From Dehalococcoidia bacterium (GTDB lineage Bacteria; Chloroflexota; Dehalococcoidia; UBA2979), in the NCBI GenBank assembly GCA_963667465.2, contig CAXXDN010000001.1, positions 544,001 through 608,000 of the forward strand: a stretch of DNA of 64,000 nt, written 5' to 3'. This document shows, one piece after another, positions 47,618 through 58,325 of this stretch; position 1 is the first letter of the stretch, and every line of letters starts with the position of its first letter. The translations under genes and the position numbers were made by a program. The notes under the pieces are model-generated. The model was not told the DNA's origin. It did not search any database and saw only the letters and a list, made by a program, of their open reading frames with translations.

Positions 47618-48415
47618 TCAGGGCGCGCGCCGCTCGCGCACGGCCTCGACGAGCTGCGGCAGCACCTCGCCGGACGGTCCGCGCAGCGTCACCGTCGCCC
47701 AGTCGCTCAACGCCGTCGGCTCCGGGTCGATCTCGATCAGCGGTACGCCGCGCTGCGCGGCGAGCTGCGGGTAGTAGGCCACGGGGTAGACCACCGCCGA
47801 GGTGCCCGCGAGCATGAACACGTCCGCCCTCGAGGTTTCCAGCTCGCAGCGGTCCAGGTGCGCCGCCGGCACCGGTTCGCCGAAGCCGACGCTGTCCGTC
47901 TTCACGGGGCTGCCGCAGCCGGGCTCCGGGCACCAGGGGGGCAGTGCTTCCGGGTCCACGACGAGGCTGTCCTCGTGCCAGCGGCCGCCGCAGGCGGGGC
48001 AGCGCAGCCAGTAGATGTTGCCGTGCACCTCGGTGAGCGAGGTGGTGCCAGCCTGGCGGTGCAGGTCGTCGCCGTTCTGGGTGATGACGTGGCGCAGGAT
48101 GCCCATCGCCTCGAGCTCGGCCATCGCGTAGTGGCCGGGGTTGGGCTTGGCGGCGTGGAGCTTGTCCAGCAGGTCCTGGATGTCGGGATCGCGCTCGCCG
48201 AAGAGGCGCTCCTTCCACCAGCCCTCGGGGTCGCTGAGGAAGCGCTCGAAGCCGTCGGCGCGCGGCTCGCCGATCTTGGTCCAGAGCCCACTCTTGCCTC
48301 GGAAGGTGGGGACGCCTGATTCGTGCGAAACACCGGCGCCGGTGAGCGCGACCGCGTAGGAGGAACCGGCAAGAAGATCGGCGGCCTGCGCCAACGATCC
48401 GGCAGCGATTGTCAT
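47618..48415 (-). CDS. cobB: NAD-dependent protein deacylase (sirtuin)
   Basis: TGAGVSHESGVPTFRG, ITQN, HG, Zn-binding Cys pairs and GTSAVVYP. Confidence 0.92.
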   Translation of the reverse strand: MTIAAGSLAQAADLLAGSSYAVALTGAGVSHESGVPTFRGKSGLWTKIGEPRADGFERFLSDPEGWWKERLFGERDPDIQDLLDKLHAAKPNPGHYAMAELEAMGILRHVITQNGDDLHRQAGTTSLTEVHGNIYWLRCPACGGRWHEDSLVVDPEALPPWCPEPGCGSPVKTDSVGFGEPVPAAHLDRCELETSRADVFMLAGTSAVVYPVAYYPQLAAQRGVPLIEIDPEPTALSDWATVTLRGPSGEVLPQLVEAVRERRAP

Positions 48416-48614
48416 GGGCGCTATCCTAACTGCTCGGGGCGATCGGCGCACGAGTTGATGTGAGTACTCACATTGATTGCAAAAGCGGAATCAGCACTGC
48501 CGGAATGCTTCGTTTCGCGACGCAAGATCCAGCGGTGCTCTGGATCGATCCATTGGATGCGGGTAGGATATGGTTATTCGGGACATGAACTGTTAACGAA
48601 AGGTGTGTTGGCAC

Positions 48615-48869
48615 GTGGCTATCTTTACCCCGAAAGAAGCATCCGAGGTACTCATTGGACGTGAGCGCGCATCGGCTCATGAACGACAGATGTACGTTGA
48701 GGCGTTGCAGGGCTCCGCTGCAGGCATGATCGAGTTGTCCCGTGGTGAGAAGGCATCCCGCGTCAAGCGCCTGCTTGCCGAGGCATCGAAGGAGACCGGG
48801 ATTCGTGTCCGCTCCACGTGGGAGGACAAGAACCAGAAGGTGCTGCTCTGGAAGCGGGTTGGCAGCTAA
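48615..48869 (+). CDS. Small basic hypothetical protein
   Basis: 84 aa, Lys/Arg-rich; AAAGGT RBS; AT-richer upstream region; followed by a terminator. Confidence 0.7.
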   Translation: MAIFTPKEASEVLIGRERASAHERQMYVEALQGSAAGMIELSRGEKASRVKRLLAEASKETGIRVRSTWEDKNQKVLLWKRVGS

Positions 48870-48925
48870 CTACCGTTCTCCGCGCAGCGGACATCGAGCA
48901 GCGCCCTGACAGGTGCTTGAGACAC

Positions 48926-48966
48926 AAGAAAAGCCGGCCACCAATTGGTGGCCGGCTTTTCTTTGT
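48926..48966. terminator. Bidirectional intrinsic terminator
   Basis: Perfect 38-nt palindrome AAGAAAAGCCGGCCACCAATTGGTGGCCGGCTTTTCTT between convergent genes. Confidence 0.9.
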
Positions 48967-49001
48967 TTCCAGTGGCCCTCCCGGGCCGTGTCCGGAACCC
49001 G

Positions 49002-49787
49002 CTAGCGGCCCTTGAAGACGGGGGTCCGCTTCTCGGCGAAGGCCTTGGCGGCTTCCATCGTGTCGTCCAGCTTGCGAAGGCCGGCCATCGCCTGCGGGAA
49101 GCTGATCTCGGTCTGGTAGGTGTTCGGGCGCGGGCGCGCCATCATCAACTGCTGCTTGGTGACGCGCACGTGCACCGGCGGCAGCCCCGCGATCTCCTCG
49201 GCGAGGTCCATCGCCGTCGACTCCAGCTGGTCGGCCGGGACGACGTGGTTGGCGAGGCCCAGCTCGTACGCGCGCTGCGCGTCGAACTGGTGGCCGCGAA
49301 TCACGATCTCCGAGCCCGGCAGCCAGGGCAGGTTGTTCAGAATCGGGAACAGCGCCGGCCCGATGATGCCCGTCGGGATCTCCGACATCGCGAAGCGCGC
49401 GCCTTCGGCGGCGACGCAGATGTCCGAGGCGCAGACCATGTAGAAGCCGAGGCCCCAGGCCCCGCCCTGCACCGCGGTGATCAGCGGGATGTCGGTCTCA
49501 GGCACGCTGTAGAAGCCGAGGTCGGCGACCGGCTCGTCTGCGCCGACGATGTCGGGGGCGCCACCGGCCTGCTCGCGGATGTCGCGGCCCGCGCAGAAGA
49601 TGCGGCCCTCGCCGGAGAGCACCACCACGCGCACGTCCGGGTCGCTCATCGCCTCGTGCCAGGCACGCCGGCGGTCCCAGCTGATCTGCGCGCCCTGCGC
49701 GTTGAGGCGGTCGGGGCGGTTGAGGATCATCCGGAAGATGTGACCGATCTTCTCGGTCTTCACGAAGGTGTAGTCGGTCATTGGCAT
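49002..49787 (-). CDS. Enoyl-CoA hydratase/isomerase family protein
   Basis: LNRPDRLNA, FCAGRDI and PLITAVQGGAWG. Confidence 0.9.
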   Translation of the reverse strand: MPMTDYTFVKTEKIGHIFRMILNRPDRLNAQGAQISWDRRRAWHEAMSDPDVRVVVLSGEGRIFCAGRDIREQAGGAPDIVGADEPVADLGFYSVPETDIPLITAVQGGAWGLGFYMVCASDICVAAEGARFAMSEIPTGIIGPALFPILNNLPWLPGSEIVIRGHQFDAQRAYELGLANHVVPADQLESTAMDLAEEIAGLPPVHVRVTKQQLMMARPRPNTYQTEISFPQAMAGLRKLDDTMEAAKAFAEKRTPVFKGR

Positions 49788-49956
49788 TCCTTACGCTGTC
49801 CCGTGTCGGCTGGCGGAATCTAGCACATCCTGCGCGCTGGTACGAATGTCCCCCGCGCCGAGCCGCCGTGGGGTTGTCAGCACGGCGGCGGTCGTACCAT
49901 CCTCGCAAGGGCTCGAGGCCGCGCTGAACTTTCAGCGGGCGGCGTGCGGAGGCGAG

Positions 49957-50715
49957 ATGATCAACAAGGTCGTCGGCTCGTTCGACGAAGCCGTGGCGGA
50001 TGTGCCAGCCGGGGCGATGGTCCACTTCGGCGGGTTCGCGAACCCGCACAACACCCCGAACTACCTCTTCGCCGCGCTCGCTCGCCAGGGCGCGGACCAG
50101 CTGACGGGCGTCAGCACCTTCGCCGGCTACGGCGAGGAGGTGCTGCGCGCCCTCACCGAACGGCGCGGCCTCCCCTTTCCGGTCGACGGCTGGGATCTGG
50201 GCCTGATCGCGGGGCTCGGTCGGCTCCGCAAGCTGATCACAAGCTTCCCCAACGGCAACTCGCGCGAGCTGCTCTATCCCTTCGAGCACGTGCTGTGGCG
50301 CGGGGATGCCGAGGTCGAGGTGCTGGGCCAGGGCTCGATCGCGGAGCGCATCCGTTGCGCGCGCGCCGGCATTCCCGCCTTCTACACCCCTGTCGGCGTC
50401 GGCACCTTCGTCGCCGAGGGCAAGGAGGTGCGGGAGTTCGACGGCGTCCCGCACGTCCTCGAGACGGCGCTGAAGGCGGACTTCGCCCTGATCCGCGCGC
50501 ACCGCGCCGACCGCTTCGGCAACCTCGTGTTCCGCGGGCCGCGCACCTTCAACCAGACGATGGCCGGCGCCGCCGGCGTCACCGTCGCCGAGGTCGACGC
50601 GGTCGTCCCCCTCGGCGAGCTCGGTCCCGATGAGATCCACACGCCCGGCGTCTACGTGCAGCGCGTGGTGGTGCGGCCCTCGGTGCCGCTCGACGACTGG
50701 AGGGCGCCCGCATGA
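49957..50715 (+). CDS. 3-oxoacid CoA-transferase subunit A
   Basis: MINKV, GGF, QGSIAERIRCARAGIPAFYTP.GVGT and IHTPGVYV. Confidence 0.92.
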   Translation: MINKVVGSFDEAVADVPAGAMVHFGGFANPHNTPNYLFAALARQGADQLTGVSTFAGYGEEVLRALTERRGLPFPVDGWDLGLIAGLGRLRKLITSFPNGNSRELLYPFEHVLWRGDAEVEVLGQGSIAERIRCARAGIPAFYTPVGVGTFVAEGKEVREFDGVPHVLETALKADFALIRAHRADRFGNLVFRGPRTFNQTMAGAAGVTVAEVDAVVPLGELGPDEIHTPGVYVQRVVVRPSVPLDDWRAPA

Positions 50716-51389
50716 GCGACAGCCCGGAGTTCCTCGACGAGTCCGTGATGGCGATGGTGGCGGCGCGCGACCTGCCGGACGGCGCGGTCGTCAACCTCGG
50801 CCTCGGCCTGCCGCTCGCGATCTCGGACTGCATCCCGCCGGACCGCGAGGTGCTGCTGCACTCGGAGCAAGGCATCCTCGGCTTCGGTCCGCGCGCTGCC
50901 GATCCGTCCGAGGTGGATGTGCTGATCATGAATGCCGGCGGGGAGCCGGTCACGCGCCCGCCGGGCATCTGCTACGTGAGCCACGACGAGTCGTTTGCGA
51001 TGATCCGAGGCGGCCACCTCGATGTCTCCGTGCTGGGCGCGTTGCAGGTTGACCAGGAGGGGAACCTCGCGAACGCCCAGATTCCCGGCAAGCCCGCGCC
51101 CGGCCTGGGCGGCGGCCAGGATCTCGCGACCTGCGCGAAGCAGGTACTGGTGGTCATGCATCATCTCGCCCCCAACGGCGCACCGAAGATCGTGGAGCGC
51201 TGCGACCTGGTGCTGACCGCCCTCGGCTGTGTTGATCGCGTGGTGACGGACGTGGGGCTGTTCGAGATCGCGGACGGGCGCGTCACGCTGCTGGAGTACG
51301 CGCCCGGCTGGACCGTCGAGCAGATCCAGGCGATCACCGGCGCCGAGCTGGCGGTCGCCGAGGATGTACGTGAGATCGTACTGAGATAA
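50712..51389 (+). CDS. 3-oxoacid CoA-transferase subunit B
   Basis: VNLGLGLP, HSEQG (catalytic Glu), IRGGHLD..VLGALQVD and GGGQDL. Confidence 0.92.
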   Translation: MSDSPEFLDESVMAMVAARDLPDGAVVNLGLGLPLAISDCIPPDREVLLHSEQGILGFGPRAADPSEVDVLIMNAGGEPVTRPPGICYVSHDESFAMIRGGHLDVSVLGALQVDQEGNLANAQIPGKPAPGLGGGQDLATCAKQVLVVMHHLAPNGAPKIVERCDLVLTALGCVDRVVTDVGLFEIADGRVTLLEYAPGWTVEQIQAITGAELAVAEDVREIVLR

Positions 51390-51406
51390 GATCGCAAAGA
51401 ACCAGC

Positions 51407-52330
51407 ATGCCGCCGTTCAGAAGGGCCGAACTCGTGATCGATCGCCTGCGCAAGACTCCGCTCGTCCGGGTGGCCGCCCTCGGCGCGACGCTCCTCGTGC
51501 TGCTCGCCGCAGCCTGTGGCGACGACGCGCCCTCCAGGGACGATCCCGACGATTACACCAAGCACGTCGTGCAGGAGGCGATCGACCGTTACGAGGACGA
51601 CGGCCGCCAGGCGGTGATCGACTACTACAACACGGCCGAGAGCGTCGACGGCCAGTGGTACGTCGTCATCGCCGACGAGGAGGGCGTGATCATTTCCCAC
51701 GCGCCGACGCCCGGGAACATCGGGCGGTCGCTCTACGGCGACCTCGGCGTCGACATCACCGGCTACGCCTTCGGACCGCACATGGCTGCGGCGACGGAGA
51801 GCGGCCGCTGGATCAGCTACGTCTTCCTCAACCCGCAGAGCGGCGCGGAGGAGACGAAGCACATGTGGGTGGTGCGCCGCGACGGTCTGCTCTTCGGCTC
51901 AGGCTGGTACGAGGTCACGCCGGACGCCGGCGAGACGCCGCCCTCCCAGGCCCAGCCCGACGTCTACACGAAGTACGTCGTCCAGCAGGCGCTCGACCGC
52001 CTCGACGCGGAGGGGGCGCAGGCGACGATCGACTACTACAACTCCGCCGCGAGCGTGGACGGCCCCTGGTACGTCTTCATCTACGGCGCGGACGGCCTCA
52101 TGGTGGCGCACCCGACCCGGCCGGAGCGGATCGGGACGCACATCCAGGATCGTGAGTGGCGGACCGATGTCACGGGCTACTACTACGGCGACGTGCTCGC
52201 GAGCACTTCGGAGACCGGGCGCTGGCTGACGTACGTCTTCCACAATCCGGCGACCGGCGAGGCGCAGACCAAGCACAGCTGGGTGATCCGGCACAACGGG
52301 ATGCTCTTCGGCTCTGGCTGGTACGAGTAG
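51407..52330 (+). CDS. Lipoprotein with two tandem Cache-like domains
   Basis: Lipobox LAAAC; two ~130-aa repeats (YTK.VV..A, SVDG.WYV, DITGY/DVTGY, GRW..YVF.NP..G, KH.WV.R..G.LFGSGWYE). Confidence 0.8.
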   Translation: MPPFRRAELVIDRLRKTPLVRVAALGATLLVLLAAACGDDAPSRDDPDDYTKHVVQEAIDRYEDDGRQAVIDYYNTAESVDGQWYVVIADEEGVIISHAPTPGNIGRSLYGDLGVDITGYAFGPHMAAATESGRWISYVFLNPQSGAEETKHMWVVRRDGLLFGSGWYEVTPDAGETPPSQAQPDVYTKYVVQQALDRLDAEGAQATIDYYNSAASVDGPWYVFIYGADGLMVAHPTRPERIGTHIQDREWRTDVTGYYYGDVLASTSETGRWLTYVFHNPATGEAQTKHSWVIRHNGMLFGSGWYE

Positions 52331-52346
52331 CGAGGACGCGGCAGCT

Positions 52347-53288
52347 TCAGCGCTGCCCGCGGAACCACTCCACCGTGCGCGCCATGCCCTCCTCCAGGGT
52401 GGTGCGCGGCGTCCAGCCCCAGACTTCGCGGGCGCGTGACGGGTCCAGGTAGATCGCCGCGTGGTCGCCGGGGCGCTCCTCCGCGTACACGGGGGGCTTC
52501 CCGTAGCCCGTGAGCGCGGCCAGCGTGTCGAAGATGCGCTGCGTGGACGTGCCCTCGCCGGTTCCGATGACGCAGGTGGCCGGCTCGCGCCCGGCGGCGC
52601 GCAGGGCGGCCTCGACCACGTCGTCGACGTAGACGTAGTCGCGCTGCTGGCTGCCGTCGCCGAAGATCGTCACCGCCTCGCCGGCGAGCATGCGCGAAGT
52701 GAAGATCGCGACCACGCCGGACTCGCCCGCCGCATCCTGCCCCGGCCCGTAGATGTTGCCCGGCCGCAGCACGGAGAGCTCCAGGCCGAGATGGCGGCAA
52801 AGCGCCCCCAGCTCGTGCTCGGCGGCGATCTTGGAGGCGCCGTAGACCGCGTCCGGCGCAATCGGCGTGTCCTCGTTCGCCGGGAGCGATTGCGGCGCTC
52901 CGTGGAGCGCCCCGCCGGTGGAGAAGAACACGATGCGGCGCGCGCCCGCCTCGGCAGCGGCCTGCGCGACGTGCACGCTGCCCAGCACGTTGGTCAGCAC
53001 GTCCGTCGCCGGGTCGCGCATCGAGACCGGCACCGAGGCCTGCGCCGCGAGGTGGAAGACAACCTCCGGCTGCGCCTCGGCGACGGTCGCGCGAGTGCCG
53101 GCGAGGTCGCGGATGTCGCCGAGGTACTCGCTGACGCCCTCGGGCGGCGGGTCCGCTGCGCCGCCCGGCGAGGCGAGCGAAAGACCGCTGACGCGCCAGC
53201 CGTCGCTGGCGAGCCGCCGCACAAGGTGGCGGCCGACGAAGCCCGACGAGCCGGTAACCAGCGCACTCCCCCGACGTTCCGTGCTCAC
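52347..53288 (-). CDS. NAD-dependent epimerase/dehydratase (GalE-like)
   Basis: TGSSGFVG, HLAAQASV, YGASK, NIYGPGQ and RDYVYVDD. Confidence 0.92.
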   Translation of the reverse strand: MSTERRGSALVTGSSGFVGRHLVRRLASDGWRVSGLSLASPGGAADPPPEGVSEYLGDIRDLAGTRATVAEAQPEVVFHLAAQASVPVSMRDPATDVLTNVLGSVHVAQAAAEAGARRIVFFSTGGALHGAPQSLPANEDTPIAPDAVYGASKIAAEHELGALCRHLGLELSVLRPGNIYGPGQDAAGESGVVAIFTSRMLAGEAVTIFGDGSQQRDYVYVDDVVEAALRAAGREPATCVIGTGEGTSTQRIFDTLAALTGYGKPPVYAEERPGDHAAIYLDPSRAREVWGWTPRTTLEEGMARTVEWFRGQR

Positions 53289-53459
53289 ATGTGCTCCCGG
53301 TCTTCGCGTTCGCCGCGTTCGTGTTCGCGCCGGACGGTCGCTACCCTGTGGGCCGCCGCGGCGTCGAGCCCACTCATCGCGCCCTCTAGCGTCATGGACG
53401 GGACGCGAACAGGGTAGGGTGTCGCGGCGCGGCGCGATGCAGGACGAGAGAGGGCGCGC

Positions 53460-54521
53460 ATGCTCGACGACCCGGCCCTGCGCGATCGCGTGGACCCGAG
53501 CGGCTTCTGGCAGCTGATCGCCGGTCTGCCCCGGCACGCCCGGGCGGCCCGGGCGCTGGGTCGCGACTGCCCGCTGCCCGATGACTTCAGCCGCCCCCGG
53601 CGCGTCGTCATCCTCGCGATGGGCGGGTCGGCGATCGGCGGCGACGTCGTCGCGACGGTCACGGAGCACCTTGGTTCGATACCGGCCGAGGTCGTGCGTG
53701 ACTACGCCGCGCCGCCGGTCGGGGAGGGTGCGTTGCTGGTGGCCTGCTCCTTCTCCGGAGACACGGAGGAGGTGATCTCGGCCTTCTCGGCGCAACTCGG
53801 CGGTCCCGGCATGCGGCTGGCGCTGACGACCGGTGGCCCGCTGGCCGCCATCGCCACGGCTCACGCGGTGCCGCTGATCACGTACGACTTCGAGGGTCCG
53901 CCGCGGACCGCGCTCGGCTACAGCGTGCTCCCGCTCCTGGAGGTGCTGCGCCGCCTCAGTGCGGTGACCCTGGACGACGACGCCATCGAGCGAGCGCTGG
54001 GCGCCCTCGAACGCTGTGGCGAAGTCTGGGGTCCGCAGCAGCCGACGCCGTCGAACACGGCGAAGCAGATCGCGCTGCGGGTGCGTGAGCGGCTGCCCTA
54101 CATCGTCGGCGGCGACGTGCTCGCGGTGGCGGCGCGCCGCTGGGCGGGGCAGCTCGCGGAGAACGCGAAACAGTGGGCCTTCGCCGGCGCGCTGCCGGAG
54201 GCCGACCACAACACGATCGTCGCGCTCGAGCGGCAGCAGGCGGCCTCTGGCGCGCTCCACGTCGTGCTCCTCGATGGTCCGGCCATGGACGCGCGGAACC
54301 GCCGGCGCGTGCAGCTGACCGCCCGGGAACTCGACGCGGCGGGCGTTGCGCACGAGATCGTCGCCATCGAAGCGCAGGACCCGCTGGGCGCGGTCCTCGA
54401 GGCCTGCCAGCTTGGCGACTGGGTGTCGTACTACGTCGCGCTGCTGCACGGCGTGGACCCCTTGCCCACGCCGATCCTCGAGCGCGTGAAGGTCGCGATG
54501 GCCAACGGGGCAGTGGAGTAG
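53460..54521 (+). CDS. Bifunctional phosphoglucose/phosphomannose isomerase (SIS)
   Basis: MGGSAIGG, SFSGDTEE, TTGG, PR.A, ENAK and PEADHN. Confidence 0.88.
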   Translation: MLDDPALRDRVDPSGFWQLIAGLPRHARAARALGRDCPLPDDFSRPRRVVILAMGGSAIGGDVVATVTEHLGSIPAEVVRDYAAPPVGEGALLVACSFSGDTEEVISAFSAQLGGPGMRLALTTGGPLAAIATAHAVPLITYDFEGPPRTALGYSVLPLLEVLRRLSAVTLDDDAIERALGALERCGEVWGPQQPTPSNTAKQIALRVRERLPYIVGGDVLAVAARRWAGQLAENAKQWAFAGALPEADHNTIVALERQQAASGALHVVLLDGPAMDARNRRRVQLTARELDAAGVAHEIVAIEAQDPLGAVLEACQLGDWVSYYVALLHGVDPLPTPILERVKVAMANGAVE

Positions 54522-54728
54522 TCGTTCTCCCCCGCGACGCGCCCCCGGGTCGCGGCCGCTCGCGGCGTGATGGGGGCTGGCACGGCTGGGGCTGGACAAG
54601 TATGGCACTATGCGCGGGAAGGAACCGGGCGTCCTCGCGGCATGGGCGTCCGGAATCTGAATCCATGGGTCTGCCTGTGGCGGGGGTCTGCCTCTGGCGG
54701 GCTGATGCATCGTGCGAGGGGGGCGCGG

Positions 54729-54917
54729 ATGACATCAGAGGCAAGGAATGGGACCGGCACGAGTCACGTCCATCACTGGATGTTGTCCGAGCCTTCGGGT
54801 GGCGAAGTCCCGGGTCGCTGCAAGGGCTGCGGCGAGGAACGCGGATTCCCCGCGAACCCGTCCAACCCGTACTTGCGCGGTCTGGCCAAGAAACGCCCGA
54901 CGGGTCGCCCAAGCTAG
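54729..54917 (+). CDS. Small zinc-ribbon-like protein
   Basis: HVHHWML..P.G..V.GRCKGCGEERGF; 62 aa. Confidence 0.6.
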   Translation: MTSEARNGTGTSHVHHWMLSEPSGGEVPGRCKGCGEERGFPANPSNPYLRGLAKKRPTGRPS

Positions 54918-55210
54918 CGAGCCCGACGCCCGAACGCCCGGAAGTCGCGAGGCGCCCCGGCGCCCTTCGCGGACTCCGTCCCCAAATCGAGGCGCCTCGT
55001 GCGCCTCATCATGCTGCCCTGATCCCACGCCCGACCTTCGCCCCGAAGCGGTCCGTGCTGCGCCCGCTCCTCCTCACCCCCGGCCTCGGATTTGCCGCGC
55101 CGGGCTCCTCACACCCGTCGCTCCCGCATCCCGCCTCCCGTCGCCGCTGCCTCGCACCCGAGCCGGGCTGACCCGGGGCACTCAAACGCCGTAGCGCGCA
55201 CCCGAGGACA

Positions 55211-55286
55211 CCTGCGGCTTACACCCTCGCGAGCACGCGCAACGGCACGCTCTACATCGGCCGCCCGCGCCTGGCGGGACCGCTAG
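55211..55286 (+). pseudogene. GIY-YIG nuclease remnant
   Basis: PAAYTLASTRNGTLYIG, the N-terminus of small GIY-YIG proteins, followed by WRD in another frame. Confidence 0.6.
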
Positions 55287-55355
55287 CGGGAGATCCTGTC
55301 GGGCTGCGACGCAATCCTCGCCGATAGCGTCCGCCGCCGACCCGGCTGGATCCGG

Positions 55356-57686
55356 CTAGTCGAAGCGGAGGGCGCGCGCCCGGATCTCGTCGATGGAGAG
55401 CGCCAGCGCGCCCGGCGCGAGGTCGCCGGGCGTGTAGGTGACGGAGGTGAGCCGGCCGCTGTAGGGGAACGGGCCGTGCCGCTCGTACAGCTCCCACGAG
55501 ACGGGCGACCGCCGGTCGATGCCGATGTTGATGCCCTCGAAGGGCGCGAGCGGATGGAGCTGCACGAGGTCCTCGACCGTGCCGCGCGATTCCCCGTTGA
55601 CCCGAAGCTCGACGGCGCCGCGGTTCCGCGGCAGCGCGGTGAACTCGAACACCACCTCGAGCTCGCCCTCCGGCAGGGCGCCGCCGGCGATCTCCGACAT
55701 CGCGCTGTACCCGTTGTAGACGAAGAAGACCTCGTCACCCTCGACGTAGAGCACGTAGCCGCCGCCCTGCGCGCCGTGCGCGACGATCACGCCCGCGTCG
55801 CCTGCCGCGTAGCGGAAGCGCGAGCTGACCGTGAACGAGCGCCGGCCCGTGAGCTGCAGCGAGCGGTCGCGCTCGAGGGTCGGCGTGCCTGGGTAGATGG
55901 TCAGCGGTTCGGCCAGCAGCTCATCCTCGGGCGGCCGGAGCAACTGCTTCAGGCCGCTGTGGTCGTCGAGCGGGAAGACCTGGTTGTCGAGCGCTGCCCG
56001 TTCCCAGGCGTCGGCCAACTCGCGCAGCTTCTCCGGGTGCTCACCCGCGCGGTCGTGGAGCTCGGTCGGGTCGTCGCGGAGGTCGTAGAGCTCCCACTCC
56101 TCGTCGCTGTAGGGCTCGCCGCGCTGGTGCAGCGTGACCGCGCTCCAGCCGTCGCGGTAGTAGCCACGGTTGCCGACATTCTCGTAGAGCTGCTCCGGGT
56201 GCGCCGAGGCGGCCAACTCGTCCGCGAGGCTCTCCGCGAAGCTCGCGCCGGCCGGCGCGGGCGTGGACTCGTCCTCGGGCTCGGGCGGCGCCTCGGCGCC
56301 GGCCAGTTCGAGGATCGTCGGCAGGAGGTCGGTGACGTGGGCGTACTGCCGCCGCCGCTCGCCGCCGCCGCCGATGCCCTTCGGCCAGGAGATGATGAAC
56401 GGCACCTGGTGGCCGCCGGCATGCGTGGTGCTCTTGTAGAGCCGGAATGGCGTGTTCCCGGCCATCGCCCAGCCGCGCGGATAGTGCGGCCACGACCGCG
56501 GGCCGCCCAGCAGGTCCAGCTTCGCGTAATCGCGGTCGAGGTCGGCCGCGGCCCGCGCGAAGGCGGCCAGGTACTCGGTCGTGCCACTGGTCTCGCCCTC
56601 GCGCGAGGCGCCGTTGTCCGAGGTGAAGATCACCACTGTGTTTTCGCGCTCGCCCAGTTCCTCGAGCGCGGCCATCAGGCGCCCGAAGTTCTGGTCGATG
56701 TTGTCGACCATCGCCGCGTACAGCTCCTCGTAGCGCGCGAACAGTTCCTGCTCGCGGGGGTCGAGCTCGTCCCAGGGGCTCACGGCGTACTCGCGCTCGT
56801 GGTTCCTCGGCGCCAGCGCGGCGTCCTCGGGAATCACGCCGAGCTCGAGCTGGCGCCGGTAGCGCGCCTCGCGCACGGCGTCCCAGCCGCCGTCGAAGAC
56901 GCCCCGGTACTTCGCGATGTCGTCGGGCTTGGCGTGCAGCGGGGCGTGCGGCGCGCCGTGGGCGAAGTAGAGGAGGAACGGCTGGCCCGGGTTCGCCGCC
57001 TTCTGCTCGCGGATCATGCGGATCGCGCGGTCGGTCGCGTCGTCCGTGAAGTAGTAGCCGTCCGGGTAGCGATCGGTCTCGATGCGGGCGTTGTCCACCA
57101 TCAGCTCGTTGGGCATGTGCAGGTTGGTGAACGGGCCGAGGAAGCCGAAGTAGCGGTCGAAGCCGCGCTGCACCGGCCAGGAGTGCATCCGCTGGAAGGG
57201 CGAGAGCGCGGTGTCCTTGGCGAGGTGCCACTTCCCGACCATCATCGTCGCGTAGCCGGCGCCGCGGAGGATCTCGGCCAGCGTCGGCGTGTTCCCGGCG
57301 AGCTCCATCGCGTAGCCGGGGAAACCGGGGTCGGCGTGCGCCACCCAGCCAACACCGACTGCGTGGGAGTTGCGGCCCGTCAGCAGCGCCGCCCGCGTTG
57401 GCGAGCACATCGGCGTGACGTGGAAGTTCGTGTAGCGCAGGCCCTCGGCGGCGAGGCGGTCGAGGTGCGGCGTCTCGATCTCGGAGCCGTAGCAGCCGAG
57501 GTCGGCGAACCCGAGGTCGTCGGCGAGCATGATCACGACGTTCGGGGCGCCCTCGGGCGCCGTGCGGCGCGGCGGCCACCACGACTGCGACGCGGCGATC
57601 GTGCGGCCGATCGTGCCCTGGAATCCCGCGTAGGCACTGGCCCGCGGGCTGGCGTCCTGTTGTGTCCGGAGATCCTCGGTCGTCAT
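55356..57686 (-). CDS. Arylsulfatase
   Basis: [19 protein letters not shown] (formylglycine motif), GKWHL, APHAPLH and SDNG. Confidence 0.95.
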   Translation of the reverse strand: MTTEDLRTQQDASPRASAYAGFQGTIGRTIAASQSWWPPRRTAPEGAPNVVIMLADDLGFADLGCYGSEIETPHLDRLAAEGLRYTNFHVTPMCSPTRAALLTGRNSHAVGVGWVAHADPGFPGYAMELAGNTPTLAEILRGAGYATMMVGKWHLAKDTALSPFQRMHSWPVQRGFDRYFGFLGPFTNLHMPNELMVDNARIETDRYPDGYYFTDDATDRAIRMIREQKAANPGQPFLLYFAHGAPHAPLHAKPDDIAKYRGVFDGGWDAVREARYRRQLELGVIPEDAALAPRNHEREYAVSPWDELDPREQELFARYEELYAAMVDNIDQNFGRLMAALEELGERENTVVIFTSDNGASREGETSGTTEYLAAFARAAADLDRDYAKLDLLGGPRSWPHYPRGWAMAGNTPFRLYKSTTHAGGHQVPFIISWPKGIGGGGERRRQYAHVTDLLPTILELAGAEAPPEPEDESTPAPAGASFAESLADELAASAHPEQLYENVGNRGYYRDGWSAVTLHQRGEPYSDEEWELYDLRDDPTELHDRAGEHPEKLRELADAWERAALDNQVFPLDDHSGLKQLLRPPEDELLAEPLTIYPGTPTLERDRSLQLTGRRSFTVSSRFRYAAGDAGVIVAHGAQGGGYVLYVEGDEVFFVYNGYSAMSEIAGGALPEGELEVVFEFTALPRNRGAVELRVNGESRGTVEDLVQLHPLAPFEGINIGIDRRSPVSWELYERHGPFPYSGRLTSVTYTPGDLAPGALALSIDEIRARALRFD

Positions 57687-58207
57687 GCTCGCCTCCTGTC
57701 GCCGGCCGGAGCCGCCTCGCAGAGACGGCGCAGGCTCCACATTGCCTCCAGGTCACGCTCATTGATCTCGTGGACAAACTGATCGAGCGGTAGCTCCCCG
57801 CGATGGCGGTGGACGCCGTGATGCTCCCAGGCTGGTCCGGCCCACTGCAGCGTCCACAGCAGCTCCTCGCGCAGCGAGGCGAACCCGTAGAGGAGATCGC
57901 GGAACTCCTCGAGGCGGTAGCGGCGCTCGCCCGGCCCCAGGTGCGCGCGGCGCTCCGGGAGCGGAGCGCCGGAGCGGTCGCAGATCGCCTGCACCGCGCG
58001 CAGGTCTTCCGCCTCCGAGTCCCGCAGGAAGCCGACGATCTCGAGGATCGACCAGTCCTCGCGCAGCCCGGCCTCCTGCGGCGGGCGGCGCGTCAGGATC
58101 GACTCGTCGAGTCCCCAGGTGAGTTGCTGGACCTCGTGCGCGACCTCGCGCAGGGCCTTCAGCAGCCAGCGCTGGTTCGAACCGTAACGCCTCGACGAGC
58201 TCGGCAC
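57683..58207 (-). CDS. DinB-like protein
   Basis: [14 protein letters not shown] and GVHRHRGEL; ATGA overlap with the sulfatase; start uncertain. Confidence 0.7.
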   Translation of the reverse strand: MPSSSRRYGSNQRWLLKALREVAHEVQQLTWGLDESILTRRPPQEAGLREDWSILEIVGFLRDSEAEDLRAVQAICDRSGAPLPERRAHLGPGERRYRLEEFRDLLYGFASLREELLWTLQWAGPAWEHHGVHRHRGELPLDQFVHEINERDLEAMWSLRRLCEAAPAGDRRRA

Positions 58208-58325
58208 GGCGCGATCGTTGGCCGTGCCGATCGGCTTGTCAACCGCACTCGGGCGCGGGTGGCGCCGCCCGCGCGTTGACCGCGGGGGCGATCCGGGCGA
58301 GGCTCGCGCACGGGGCCCCAACGAC

